Assembly: GCA_017450645.1 (NCBI GenBank)
Contig: JAFSTE010000017.1
Span: forward strand, 23,542 to 87,541
Direction of reading: 5' to 3'
Source of the DNA: Eubacterium sp.
Lineage (GTDB): Bacteria; Bacillota; Clostridia; Oscillospirales; Acutalibacteraceae
Length of the DNA: 64,000 bases
Shown: positions 28,180-37,501 of the stretch, piece by piece
Position numbering within the stretch: position 1 is the stretch's first letter
Layout of the letters: each line of letters begins with the position of its first letter
Program-made: the position numbers and the translations under genes
The notes under the pieces: model-generated
What the model was told of the DNA's origin: nothing
Database searches by the model: none
What the model saw: the letters and a program-made list of their open reading frames with translations, nothing else

Positions 28180-29565
28180 TTATCTGATGTTGCCGACAGT
28201 TCTCGGGTAAAGGATTACATCGCGGATGTTGCTCATACCCGTTGCGTACATAATCATTCTCTCAAAGCCGAGACCGAAACCGCCGTGCGGCACGCTGCCG
28301 TATTTGCGCAGGTCGATATAGTCCTTATAATCCTCGAGCTTCATACCGCGTGCCTTCATCTCGTTAACAAGCTTGTCGTAATCCCACTCTCTTTCGCTGC
28401 CGCCGATAATCTCGCCGACGCCCGGAACGAGAAGGTCAGTTGCAGCAACGGTTTTGCCGTCGTCGTTTTGCTTCATATAAAACGACTTAATCGCCTTTGG
28501 ATAGTTGATAAGGAATACGGGCTTTTTGTAAATCTGCTCGGTGATGTAGCGCTCGTGCTCGCTCTGCAGGTCGCAACCCCACTCAACCGGAAATTCAAAC
28601 TTAACGTCCGCCTTTTTAAGTAGCTCGATAGCGTCTGTGTAGTCAACCACCTCAAAGTCGTTGTTTACAATGTTTTCGAGCTTTTCGGTGAGTCCTTTTT
28701 CAAAGCGCTGCTCAAAGAACTTAAGCTCCTCGGGGCACTTTTCCATATAGTCGCGCAGGATATATTTAACCATATCCTCCGCAAGCTCGATAATATCCGG
28801 AAGCTCGGCAAACGCAACCTCGGGCTCAACATGCCAGAACTCGGCAACATGGCGCAGGGTGTTGCTGTTTTCCGCACGGAAGGACGGACCGAAGGTGTAA
28901 ATCTTGCCGAGTCCCATAGCGGCAACCTCGCCCTCCATCTGACCCGAAACCGAAAGTCCTGCCTTCTTGCCGAAAAAGTCGTCGGCATAGTATTCCTCTT
29001 TGTTCTTATACTCGGTGCTGTAGCCGATAGTAGTTACCTGGAACATCTCGCCCGCGCCCTCGCAGTCGCTTCCCGTAATAAGCGGGGTGTTGATATAAAC
29101 ATATCCCCTCTCCTGGAAAAAGCGGTGGATTGCAGCCGCCATAACCGAGCGTACGCGGAACACCGCGTTAAAGGTGTTTGTACGAACTCTGATATGCGGG
29201 CTCTCGCGCAGGGTTTCGAGCTTTTGGAATTTCTTTTGGAGCGGATAGTCGCCGGGGCACTCGCCGAGTACGGTAATTTTTGTTGCGTTGATTTCGGGTG
29301 TTTGATTGTTCATATTCTCAACAACCGTTCCCTCAACAACGAGCGACGCGCCGAGCTTTGCAGCCTCCGTCGGGAAGTCGATACCGCTCGATTTATCAAT
29401 AACAATCTGTAAATGGTTCAAGGTTGTACCGTCGTTGAGCGCAAGAAACGCCATGTTTTTAGAGTCCCTCGCGGTTCTTACCCAGCCGCAAACCGTAACG
29501 CTTTTTGAAATGTAGTCCTTAGTGAGTAAAATGTCTTTAATGTCTGTGTGTTTCATACTATTCAT
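28180..29565 (-). CDS. asnS: asparagine--tRNA ligase
   Basis: 461 aa with N-terminal OB anticodon-binding domain and class IIb motifs (FRAE, GLGFERM). Preceded by a T-box leader. Confidence 0.88.
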   Translation of the reverse strand: MNSMKHTDIKDILLTKDYISKSVTVCGWVRTARDSKNMAFLALNDGTTLNHLQIVIDKSSGIDFPTEAAKLGASLVVEGTVVENMNNQTPEINATKITVLGECPGDYPLQKKFQKLETLRESPHIRVRTNTFNAVFRVRSVMAAAIHRFFQERGYVYINTPLITGSDCEGAGEMFQVTTIGYSTEYKNKEEYYADDFFGKKAGLSVSGQMEGEVAAMGLGKIYTFGPSFRAENSNTLRHVAEFWHVEPEVAFAELPDIIELAEDMVKYILRDYMEKCPEELKFFEQRFEKGLTEKLENIVNNDFEVVDYTDAIELLKKADVKFEFPVEWGCDLQSEHERYITEQIYKKPVFLINYPKAIKSFYMKQNDDGKTVAATDLLVPGVGEIIGGSEREWDYDKLVNEMKARGMKLEDYKDYIDLRKYGSVPHGGFGLGFERMIMYATGMSNIRDVILYPRTVGNIR

Positions 29566-29880
29566 CCTTTCGTGATAAAAAATAACAGCTACCGTCCCTA
29601 TGACAATAGGACGAGAGCTGTAACCCGTGGTACCACCTATATTGACTTGAAAACAAGCCCACTCTTGGCTTCATATAAAGCCGTACGATATAACGGTCGA
29701 ACCCGTCGCACCTACTAACGCTAACGCTTTCAGTCAGAAGCTCCCGAGTGTTCTTCACATAAGCATTGCAACGGCTTCTCAACTACCACCGCTCTCTGTA
29801 TGCAAGAGGTAAATGCTACTTTTCTCGCTCATAGCTTTTTACGGCTTTAGCAAAAGGGCATAAGCGCGCCGAGCTTTAAG
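29566..29880 (-). promoter_or_regulatory. T-box riboswitch leader (probable Asn specifier) controlling asnS-asnA
   Basis: On the minus strand: AGAGAG/k-turn region in stem I, candidate specifier GAAGAACAC (AAC = Asn), conserved T-box AATATAGGTGGTACCACGGG (RC of plus-strand 29624..29637), and a terminator hairpin CAGCTCTCGTCC..GGACGGTAGCTG followed by TTATTTTTTAT just before the asnS RBS. Confidence 0.75.
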
Positions 29881-30126
29881 CTGTGTTGGTTATTTCTTGT
29901 AGGGAGTGATGCCCACATCGCTCCGCAAAGTCAGCAACCTGACACCTTTAAAAGCTCCGAGGACATTGAGTCCTCATCGCTTTTGGCGTTTTCCGTCTTT
30001 TGCTCGGGGGCGGTACCTATGTACAGCTCCCACTCGCAAAATACGAAATTCTGCACCTTTTTCAAAAGCCTTATATTTTCAATCATTATATATCCGATTG
30101 GATTTTTTGTCAAGTAGTTCTCTTAA

Positions 30127-30275
30127 GGAATTGAAAGTTGAAAATGGAGAATGGATAATTTCGGGTCGCTACGCTCCGATTTTATTGCGGGCGATTCGTG
30201 AATCGCCCCTACGGTATGCTAAGGTTGCGTGTAGGGGTCATTCACGAATGACCCGTTATAATCAAATCCACACTC
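30127..30275. repeat. intergenic structured repeat element (GAGAAT-rich end + palindromic core), family A copy
   Basis: GAAAATGGAGAATGGATAATTTCGGGT ... nested palindromes CGATTCGTGAATCG and GGTCATTCACGAATGACC. Resembles the elements at 55195, 57668 and 58681. Confidence 0.55.
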
Positions 30276-30290
30276 AAGCTCTAAGCTAAA

Positions 30291-30322
30291 AAAGACGGAG
30301 GGATATACTCCCTCCGCCGTTA
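30291..30322 (-). terminator. rho-independent terminator after 30329..31306 gene
   Basis: On the minus strand: ACGGCGGAGGGAGTATATCCCTCCGTC followed by TTTTTT. Confidence 0.75.
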
Positions 30323-30328
30323 ATAATA

Positions 30329-31306
30329 CTAATTAGCTTTTGGTGCGCCGCAGTTCTGGCAGAAGCCGGCAGTGTTAGGCGTACCGCAGTTGGGGCAGAA
30401 CCACTGAGCGTTTTGCTGAGGTTGCTGCTGGTAACCCTGCTGCATAGGCTGCTGCTGATAGCCGCCCTGCATTGGCTGTTGCTGATAGCCGCCCTGCATT
30501 GGCTGTTGCTGATAGCCACCCTGCATAGGCTGCTGCTGATAGCCGCCCTGCATAGGTTGCTGCTGATAGCCGCCCTGCATAGGTTGCTGCTGATAGCCGC
30601 CCTGCATAGGTTGCTGCTGATAGCCACCCTGCATTGGCTGCTGATATCCGCCCTGCATTGGCTGCTGGTAACCGCCGCCCATCGGCTGCTGATAACCCAT
30701 ACCGCCCATAGCCTGAGCGTTGCCGCCGAGTGCCATAACGATTTCGTTAGCCATCTGCTCATAGCGTCTGAACTCCTCGGAGTAGCGATTGTCAACGCTG
30801 TAAGGTGTGATGTCAATGTGAATTTCGCTGAAATACGGATGATTTACATCGATATATACATCAATCTCGTAATCATAATCGTACTGCGGAGGATTATAGG
30901 AGCGTCTGTTACCGTCCTGGTCATTGTAGTAACGCTCGTTTCTGTCCTCTTTAACCTCGTAGCGAACATTTGAAACAGCCGCGATGTCGATAATATCGGC
31001 ATTTTCTGCGCGGAAATCGCTCTTGCGCGAAACAACGAACTTTCTCTGATTATCGTCGATAATTACCTTGGTGTTGTTGCCGAGGGTGCGGGTTGCGTTA
31101 AAGTTGTTGAGGTTCTGTCTGTTCTGCTCTCTGTACTGAAGCTGCTGCCTGATTTCCTCTACGGTAGATTTTTTGCGCTCCGAGAAAAACGGAGAAAGCT
31201 TTTTAGTACAATCCGAACAGATTGTTCCGTCCTCAACCTTTCTTGAGCCGAGCATACCTACGGACTTACCGCAGATAGCACATTCTTTTTTATCAAAAAG
31301 TCCCAT
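30329..31306 (-). CDS. zinc-ribbon protein with central Q/G/Y-rich (GGYQQQPMQ)n prion-like low-complexity repeat and C-terminal double-CxxC zinc ribbon
   Basis: N-terminal CAICG...CSDC ribbon. About ten GGYQQQPMQ nonapeptide repeats. C-terminal WFCPNCGTPNTAGFCQNCG. Confidence 0.75.
   Translation of the reverse strand: MGLFDKKECAICGKSVGMLGSRKVEDGTICSDCTKKLSPFFSERKKSTVEEIRQQLQYREQNRQNLNNFNATRTLGNNTKVIIDDNQRKFVVSRKSDFRAENADIIDIAAVSNVRYEVKEDRNERYYNDQDGNRRSYNPPQYDYDYEIDVYIDVNHPYFSEIHIDITPYSVDNRYSEEFRRYEQMANEIVMALGGNAQAMGGMGYQQPMGGGYQQPMQGGYQQPMQGGYQQQPMQGGYQQQPMQGGYQQQPMQGGYQQQPMQGGYQQQPMQGGYQQQPMQGGYQQQPMQQGYQQQPQQNAQWFCPNCGTPNTAGFCQNCGAPKAN
30415..30700 (-). repeat. 27-bp in-frame tandem repeat (about 10 copies) encoding GGYQQQPMQ
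   Basis: Periodic ggctgctgctgatagccgccctgcata units on the plus strand. The antisense ORFs 30413..30973(+) and 30286..30816(-) are repeat artefacts. Confidence 0.8.
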
Positions 31307-31324
31307 AATCTTATCCTTTCTTAA

Positions 31325-32677
31325 TTACTGAGCGTCGTTTGCGTCAAACGGGTCGCCGCAATGCGGACAGAATTTAGGCGGGTTATGCGGGTCCTCGGGG
31401 GTCCAGCCGCACTTGTCGCACTTATAAAGAGGTGCGCCTGCGGGCTTCGGTGCGCCGCAGTTCATACAGAATTTGCCCTGATTTGTCGAGCCGCATTTTG
31501 TGCACTGCCAGCCCTGCTCAGCCTGTGGCTGAGGTGCGCCGCAGTTAACGCAGAATTTACCGTTGTTTTGTGCGTTGCACTTAGGACAGGTCCAACCGCC
31601 TGCCTGTGGCTGAGGTGCCTGCTGTTGCGGTGCGGGAGCCTGCTGTTGTTGTTGCTGCGGCTGCTGTGCGCCCATAGCAAAGAGGTTCTGAGCCTGACCC
31701 ATTCCGCCTCCTGCGTTCATAGCCATACCCATACCGATAAAGCCGTTCATTGCGCCGCCCTCGTTAGCAGCTGCGGCACGCATAGCGTCCGCCTGAGCGC
31801 CGACAAGCGTAGCGCCTGCCATAGTCGGGTCGCGCATAATAGCCGTACGCTGAGCCTGCTTAATAAGCTCTGCATCCTCTTCGGGAAGCGTAATCGGGTT
31901 AAGCGCGATTGACACAACCGAAAGACCTCTGAGGTTCGACCACTTCTGAGTGAGCGCCTCGTTCATAGCAGCCTCAAGCTCGGTTGAATGGCTGACAATC
32001 TGGTTAGGTCTGAGCTCGAGCTCGCTGAGCTTACCGAATGCGGGCTGAAGCGCGCTGATAAATTCGGTCTTAAGCTGATTGTCGATTTCGTCCCTTGTGT
32101 AAGCCTGCTCAACATTACCGCATACATTAGTGTAGAAAAGAAGCGGGTCGGTTACTTTGTAAGAATAAATACCCGAGCAGCGGATTGAAACATCTATATC
32201 AAGACCGATGTTTCTGTCTACAACTCTAAACGGAATCGGGTTTGGAGTACCGAACTTGTTGTCGATAAGCTCCTTAGTGTTGAAATAGTAAATCCTCTGG
32301 TCCTTTGCGGTGTCGCCGCCGAAGGTGAAACGCTTTCCGATAGTAGCAAAGGTGCGCTTAATACCCTCGCCGAGTCCGCCGTAAAAGATTGACGGCTCAG
32401 TCGAAGTATCGTATGTAAACTCGCCGGGCTCTGCGCAAACCTCAACGATTTTACCCTGCTCAACAATAATCATACACTGTCCGTCAGCGACAGCGATAAT
32501 TGAGCCGTTTGAAATAATGTTATCGTTGCCCTTGGTGTTTGACGTTCTGCCGGTGGTCCTTTTCTGACCTTTTACGACAATAACATCTTTTTCAAGGCTG
32601 TCACAGTAGAAATACTCTCTCCACTGGTCAGCCGTTGCGCCGCCAAGTGCGCCGATACCTGCTCTGATAAGTCCCAT
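31325..32677 (-). CDS. SPFH/band-7 (YdjI-like, PF13421-type) domain protein with Q-rich linker and three C-terminal zinc ribbons
   Basis: N-terminus MGLIRAGIGALGGATADQWREYF typical of the YdjI/SPFH family. QQPQQQQQQAPAPQQQ linker. Ribbons CPKCN..CVNCG, CTKCG..CMNCG and CDKCG..CPHCG. Confidence 0.75.
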   Translation of the reverse strand: MGLIRAGIGALGGATADQWREYFYCDSLEKDVIVVKGQKRTTGRTSNTKGNDNIISNGSIIAVADGQCMIIVEQGKIVEVCAEPGEFTYDTSTEPSIFYGGLGEGIKRTFATIGKRFTFGGDTAKDQRIYYFNTKELIDNKFGTPNPIPFRVVDRNIGLDIDVSIRCSGIYSYKVTDPLLFYTNVCGNVEQAYTRDEIDNQLKTEFISALQPAFGKLSELELRPNQIVSHSTELEAAMNEALTQKWSNLRGLSVVSIALNPITLPEEDAELIKQAQRTAIMRDPTMAGATLVGAQADAMRAAAANEGGAMNGFIGMGMAMNAGGGMGQAQNLFAMGAQQPQQQQQQAPAPQQQAPQPQAGGWTCPKCNAQNNGKFCVNCGAPQPQAEQGWQCTKCGSTNQGKFCMNCGAPKPAGAPLYKCDKCGWTPEDPHNPPKFCPHCGDPFDANDAQ

Positions 32678-32940
32678 AATTTTACTCCTTTAAAAAATTT
32701 AGATTGGGCTTTTTCAAGCCGATATTATAATCATATTGATTATAGCATATATTTACGACGATTTGCCAAAATTCGCTCAATATTTTTTGTGTTTTTCGTT
32801 TTTTGAGCGCTTTGCACAAACAAGGGCGCATTAATTTGTATAAAATGACAGTTACTTTTTTTTGATTGAAAAAAACGATAACTTAATATATAATATAAGT
32901 TGAGGAAATCTATCAACTTTTCGACTGAAAGGAGTAGTTT

Positions 32941-34065
32941 ATGTCAGAATTATTTGAATACAAATGCCCCGCTTGCGGCGGTGCGCTTCAGTTTGACACT
33001 GCAACGCAGAAGATGAAGTGCCCGTACTGCGAAAGCGAGTACGATGTTTCAATGCTGCAGGGCGTTGACGAAAGGCTCAGTCAGCAGCAGGGTGCGCAGC
33101 CTGTACAGCAGCAGGTAAACGAGGCGCAGAGCGTTACGGGCGACTCGTTCTCGTGGCAGAATCAGCAGAGCTCATGGAGCGCTAACGAGGGTATGAATGT
33201 TTATATTTGTAACTCGTGCGGCGGCGAGATTGTGGGCGACGCTAACACGGCTGCGACCTCCTGCCCGTACTGCGGCAACCCCGTTGTTATGAGCGGTATG
33301 CTCTCGGGCGACCTCAAACCCGATTTCGTTATTCCCTTTAAGCACGACAAAAACGGTGCAAAAAATGCGCTCAAGCAGTATGTCGGCAAAAAGAAGTTTG
33401 CGCCCTCAACGTTTAAGAGCGAAAACAGACTTAACGAGATTAAGGGTATTTATGTTCCGTTCTGGCTGTTTGACAGCAACGCAAGCGCAAGCGTTACATA
33501 CACCGGCACAAGGGTTAGAACCTGGAGCGACTCAAAATACAATTACACCGAAACAAGCTATTTCGATATTTACCGCGCGGGTTATATGAGCTTTATGAAC
33601 ATACCCGTTGACGGCTCTACCAAAATGCCCGACGAGCTTATGGAAAGCATTGAGCCGTTTAACTTTAACGAGGCTGTTCCGTTCCAGACGGCGTACCTTG
33701 CAGGCTTTCTTGCAGACAAGTACGATGTAACTATGGAAAACAGCACCGACAGAGCTAATCAGCGTATTAAAACAAGCTGTGAGGACACGCTTAAAACCAC
33801 CGTTTCGGGCTTTTCTACAGTTACTACCAAGTCAAGCGCGGTTCAGATTTACGGCGGCGTTGCGAAATACGCGCTTTATCCCGTATGGATTCTTAACACC
33901 GAGTATAAGGGCGAAAAGCTCACCTTCGGTATGAACGGTCAGACCGGTAAAATCGTAGGTAATATTCCGGTAAGCAAGGCTAAGCTTGCAGGCCTTTTTG
34001 CAGCAATTACAGTTGTCGGCACGCCGCTTATTTTCGGCGTTGCAAGGCTGTTCGGAATTTTTTAA
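32941..34065 (+). CDS. YdjG-like protein: N-terminal double zinc ribbon, second ribbon, C-terminal TM anchor
   Basis: YKCPACGGALQFD..KCPYCESEY. Second ribbon CNSCGGEI..CPYCGNP. C-terminal hydrophobic LAGLFAAITVVGTPLIFGVARLFGIF. Divergently arranged from the SPFH gene. Confidence 0.7.
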   Translation: MSELFEYKCPACGGALQFDTATQKMKCPYCESEYDVSMLQGVDERLSQQQGAQPVQQQVNEAQSVTGDSFSWQNQQSSWSANEGMNVYICNSCGGEIVGDANTAATSCPYCGNPVVMSGMLSGDLKPDFVIPFKHDKNGAKNALKQYVGKKKFAPSTFKSENRLNEIKGIYVPFWLFDSNASASVTYTGTRVRTWSDSKYNYTETSYFDIYRAGYMSFMNIPVDGSTKMPDELMESIEPFNFNEAVPFQTAYLAGFLADKYDVTMENSTDRANQRIKTSCEDTLKTTVSGFSTVTTKSSAVQIYGGVAKYALYPVWILNTEYKGEKLTFGMNGQTGKIVGNIPVSKAKLAGLFAAITVVGTPLIFGVARLFGIF

Positions 34066-34078
34066 GGAGGTGTGCATT

Positions 34079-34894
34079 ATGAAAAAACTTACTGTTTCTT
34101 TAGCATTATTTATAGTTGTATTAATGTCGCTTCCTATGTTCGCGCACGCGGACGAAAAGCAGTATCTCGTCGATAACGCGCAACTCCTTACCGCCGAGGA
34201 AGCTATGCAGCTCGAGGCAGTTCTCGAATCTGTAAGCACAAGCACGGGTATGGATGTTGTCGCAGTTACTACCAACACGCTCGACGGCAAGTCGCCCGAA
34301 GCGTACGCGGACGATTACTACGACTATAACGGATATGCAAACGACGGCTGCCTGTTCCTTATCAGTATGGAGGACAGGGACTGGCACATCTCGACTAAGG
34401 GATATGCAATCACGGCTATCACCGATTACGGCGTAAGGCTTGTTGAAAACGAGGTTGTTCCCTATCTTTCGCAGGGCAGCTACTACCTTGCGCTTGACAA
34501 GTACGCATCTTTGGTAAGCGAGCTTACCGCAGAGGCAAAAAAGGGTACGCCATACGACACAAATCATCTTTACACAGACACCTACGGCATAACCTTTGAG
34601 GGCGAAAAGAAGGGCGAAACCGCAAAAAGCATTGCAATTTCGGCAATAATTGCCATTGTAATTGCACTTATCGTTGTGTTCAGCGTTAAAAAGAGCTACA
34701 AGCCCGTTCAGTTTAAGGCAAACGCTGCGGATTATCTTGTGCAGGGCAGCCTTAATGTAACTCAGGCGCACGAGCAGTTCCTGTACTCGAATGTATCAAA
34801 GACTGCGCGCAGCGACAGCTCGAGCGGCGGCGGAAGCTCTACGCACACCTCGTCCTCAGGCTCAACGCACGGCGGCGGCGGAGGTAAATTCTGA
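34079..34894 (+). CDS. TPM-domain (YdjH-like) membrane protein with Gly/Ser-rich C-terminal tail
   Basis: Signal peptide MKKLTVSLALFIVVLMSLPMFAHA. TPM pattern YLVDNAQLLTAEEAMQLEAVL...TGMDVVAVTTNTL. TM near the C-terminus, then SSGGGSSTHTSSSGSTHGGGGG. ATG at 34079 with AAGGAGG RBS. Confidence 0.75.
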   Translation: MKKLTVSLALFIVVLMSLPMFAHADEKQYLVDNAQLLTAEEAMQLEAVLESVSTSTGMDVVAVTTNTLDGKSPEAYADDYYDYNGYANDGCLFLISMEDRDWHISTKGYAITAITDYGVRLVENEVVPYLSQGSYYLALDKYASLVSELTAEAKKGTPYDTNHLYTDTYGITFEGEKKGETAKSIAISAIIAIVIALIVVFSVKKSYKPVQFKANAADYLVQGSLNVTQAHEQFLYSNVSKTARSDSSSGGGSSTHTSSSGSTHGGGGGKF

Positions 34895-35403
34895 TGAATA
34901 AAAGTGAAGTTATCGTATTTCCTAAGCTCCCCGAAAACCTCGACGAAATTAAGCAGTTGGCACAATCTCAGGATTGTTTTCGCTCGCCGTTTAAAATGGC
35001 GGCGCTCGCGGTTGCGGCATTTTGCAACTACGAAAAGGATGTTAACCAGACTATCGAAATGCTTAATTATATAAAAGGTCCTCGCCCGCTGTCGACCTTC
35101 GACATTCAGTTCATACGCGACAGACTCGGCGGCAAGGGATATGTACCGCGCTCGTACATAACGGGCACATCGGTCGAAAACGACTACACAATCCCGCCCG
35201 GACCTATTCAGATTACGGTCAGCGACAACCCGTATTCCTACACAAATCAGGATTACGCAACACTGTTTTTGCACTCCTCGGGCGCAGATTCGCCAAGGCA
35301 GGTAACGCTAAGGCATAAGCCGAGCACTGACGAGTGGTTTTTGTGGGAACACACCTTCCTGTCGGACATCAGGACACCGCAATCACAAAACCCGTGGGCA
35401 TAA
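34894..35403 (+). CDS. hypothetical cytoplasmic protein, translationally coupled to the TPM gene (ATGA overlap)
   Basis: 169-aa ORF with no recognisable motif. Terminator AGGCTATCTCCAAACGGAGATAGCCT-TTTTT at 35421..35452. Confidence 0.6.
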   Translation: MNKSEVIVFPKLPENLDEIKQLAQSQDCFRSPFKMAALAVAAFCNYEKDVNQTIEMLNYIKGPRPLSTFDIQFIRDRLGGKGYVPRSYITGTSVENDYTIPPGPIQITVSDNPYSYTNQDYATLFLHSSGADSPRQVTLRHKPSTDEWFLWEHTFLSDIRTPQSQNPWA

Positions 35404-35472
35404 TAATTGCAGTAAAAAAAAGGCTATCTCCAAACGGAGATAGCCTTTTTCAGCTTATAGCTATGAGCTATG

Positions 35473-35575
35473 AGCTTTTGGTTACTCGGCTTACGCCTCA
35501 AGCAATAACGGGAGGGCGCAGAGACCCTCCCCTACGATTTAATGCACCAACATGGATTTGTAGGGGAGTCGCTCC
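35473..35575 (+). repeat. ~103-bp structured intergenic repeat, family B copy 1 (98% identical to 37502..37604)
   Basis: AGCTTTTGGTTACTCGGCTTACGCCTCAAGCAATAACGGGAGGGCGCAGAGACCCTCCCCTACGATTTAATGCACCAACATGGATTTGTAGGGGAGTCGCTCC, with an internal GGGAGGG..CCCTCCC hairpin. Confidence 0.8.
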
Positions 35576-35734
35576 GTCGGCTCCCGCGAAAAAGCAAACG
35601 GCTTTTTCGATTGCCCGTATGGGCAATAAAGTGTATAGTATATAGTGAATAGTGGATAGTGGATAGTAGGGGCAGGTCTCTGTGCCTGCCCGAAATAATC
35701 AGGTGTGGGCTTTGTCCACCCTCAAGCTGTAAGC

Positions 35735-37348
35735 TTACTTCGTCTTAACCGTCTTAGCCTCGGACCACTTACTGTAATACTTTACGCCCTTAATTGTTTT
35801 AAACGTACGTACTCTTACATAATACTTTTTATTTGCTTTAAGATTTTTAACTGTTTTTGCTGTGCCTTTAACGGTCAATTTCTTGCCGTTTTTAAAGCTT
35901 TTATATGTACTGTACTGCAGCTGATAGGTTTTAACGTCACGCTTTTTCCAATACGCCTTAAAGCTCTTTTTGCCTGCAGTTACCTTTTTAATCTCGGTGG
36001 GTTTGGGGTTAATTTTGTATGTTTTAACAAGGGTGCCCTTATACTTGCCGATGCCTGTAATAGTTACCGTTGCGGTGCCTACGTTAACTGTGTTTGCATA
36101 CTTAAGCGTATAGTCGGTATCCCTTTTAAGCGTTATGCCCGCAAGCTTTACGGTAACAGACGCTTTTATGCTTTTGCCGGTATAGGTTTGCGATTTAGGT
36201 GAAGCGGTGGCGTTGCCGACATCGTACATATCAATAAACTTTAAATCGTTATCTTTGCAATAGTCAGTCAGCGCCTTGCACTTTTTGCCGTAGACCTTAA
36301 AGTTTTTAACCTTGTGTTCGGATTTAATCTCTTTGGTGCTGCCCTCAGAGTTTTCGCCAGCTTCGTCAACCGTTTCGTAATAACCAATGGCGCGCTTGCC
36401 CACACTGTCAACGCCGTAAGGTATTTTAAGCGTTTTTAAATTTGGGCAATTATAAAACGTGTATTCGTCTATACTGCTTAGTTTGCTTTGTATTTTAACG
36501 GTTTTTAAACTTTCACATCCGTAAAATGCGCTATTATAAACTGTCTTAACGCTTTTGGGTAATACGATTTTTTCAAGCGCGGTGCAGTTTGCAAAGCCGC
36601 TGACAGTTTCAACGCCTTCGCTGATTGTTACATCTGTTAACGATGTGCAGTTTGAAAACAGCGAGCTGTTCATTTGTTTCATACTGCCGGGAATATGTAT
36701 TTTTTTGACGCCTTCACAATAATTAAACACCTTTAACGGGCGTGTGCTTGTAAAATTATCCATTGAAAAGCCGTCCTCAAAATATATCTCTTCAAGGCTT
36801 TTGCAATAATTAAACGCATACAGTTCGATAAATAAGTTTTTTCTTAAATACAGCTTGCCTTTTGCACAGTGGCAACCGTTAAAAGCGCTTGAATATATTC
36901 TTTCAACGCTTTCGGGCAGGTCAATCTTTTTTAACGATTCGCAACCCTGAAATGCAGACATACCAACATATTTTAAGTTATCGGGCAAGTCAGCTTTTTC
37001 AAGGCTTTTGCACTTAAAAAAGGTGTATTGCTTAATACCGGTAAGGCTCTGCGGTAAAACCGCCTCCTTAAGCTTAACACACTTAGCAAATGAATGTTCA
37101 TCAACAGCTGTTATTCCCTCGCCTATAATAACCTTGTTGATATTTGTTGTTTCGCCTATTTCGAGCCAGGGGTGTGACGTGGTTTCGCCCGTACCGGTAA
37201 TAGTAAGCACGCCGTTTTTTAATTCAAACGTTGCGTTATCGCCGCACGAGCCGCTTGTTTTTTGTATACTGTCTGCCAAAGCGCAAAAAGGTGAGAGCGT
37301 GCTAAGCAGCATTAAAACAGCTAACAAAATTGATAATGATTTTTTCAT
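35735..37348 (-). CDS. secreted cell-surface protein with BspA-type leucine-rich repeats (LRR_5) and C-terminal Fn3/Big-like module
   Basis: Signal peptide MKKSLSILLAVLMLLSTLSPFCALA. Repeated ..FxxCxxLxxIxLPxSVxxIGxxAFxxC.. LRR units. C-terminus shared with 26322..27044. Confidence 0.75.
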   Translation of the reverse strand: MKKSLSILLAVLMLLSTLSPFCALADSIQKTSGSCGDNATFELKNGVLTITGTGETTSHPWLEIGETTNINKVIIGEGITAVDEHSFAKCVKLKEAVLPQSLTGIKQYTFFKCKSLEKADLPDNLKYVGMSAFQGCESLKKIDLPESVERIYSSAFNGCHCAKGKLYLRKNLFIELYAFNYCKSLEEIYFEDGFSMDNFTSTRPLKVFNYCEGVKKIHIPGSMKQMNSSLFSNCTSLTDVTISEGVETVSGFANCTALEKIVLPKSVKTVYNSAFYGCESLKTVKIQSKLSSIDEYTFYNCPNLKTLKIPYGVDSVGKRAIGYYETVDEAGENSEGSTKEIKSEHKVKNFKVYGKKCKALTDYCKDNDLKFIDMYDVGNATASPKSQTYTGKSIKASVTVKLAGITLKRDTDYTLKYANTVNVGTATVTITGIGKYKGTLVKTYKINPKPTEIKKVTAGKKSFKAYWKKRDVKTYQLQYSTYKSFKNGKKLTVKGTAKTVKNLKANKKYYVRVRTFKTIKGVKYYSKWSEAKTVKTK

Positions 37349-37501
37349 TTGCTTCCCTCCTGAACAAATAACGGCAGCGATTGCTCGCTGCCAAATTTTA
37401 CGCCTGATATTGCAAATTTTGAATTTGCCAGCATAATTATTGTACTGTTTATTATTTTTGCTGTCAACAGAGTTAAAAAAATGTTTACATTTAGAGCTAA
37501 T

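Noticed and set aside
29558-30289. 74-aa (minus) and 127-aa (plus) ORFs in the asnS upstream region
   Set aside because: They lie within the T-box leader and the family A repeat element. This is structured non-coding RNA/DNA, not protein-coding.
30413-30973. 186-aa plus-strand ORF (LLIAALHRLLLIA...) and 176-aa minus-strand ORF 30286..30816
   Set aside because: Artefacts of the 27-bp Q/G/Y tandem repeat. The real gene is 30329..31306 on the minus strand, with zinc ribbons at both ends.
35636-35662. TAGTGAATAGTGGATAGTGGATAGTAG resembling DnaA boxes (TGTGGATAA)
   Set aside because: Only 6-7 of 9 matches per unit. More likely a simple-sequence arm of the adjacent repeat element.
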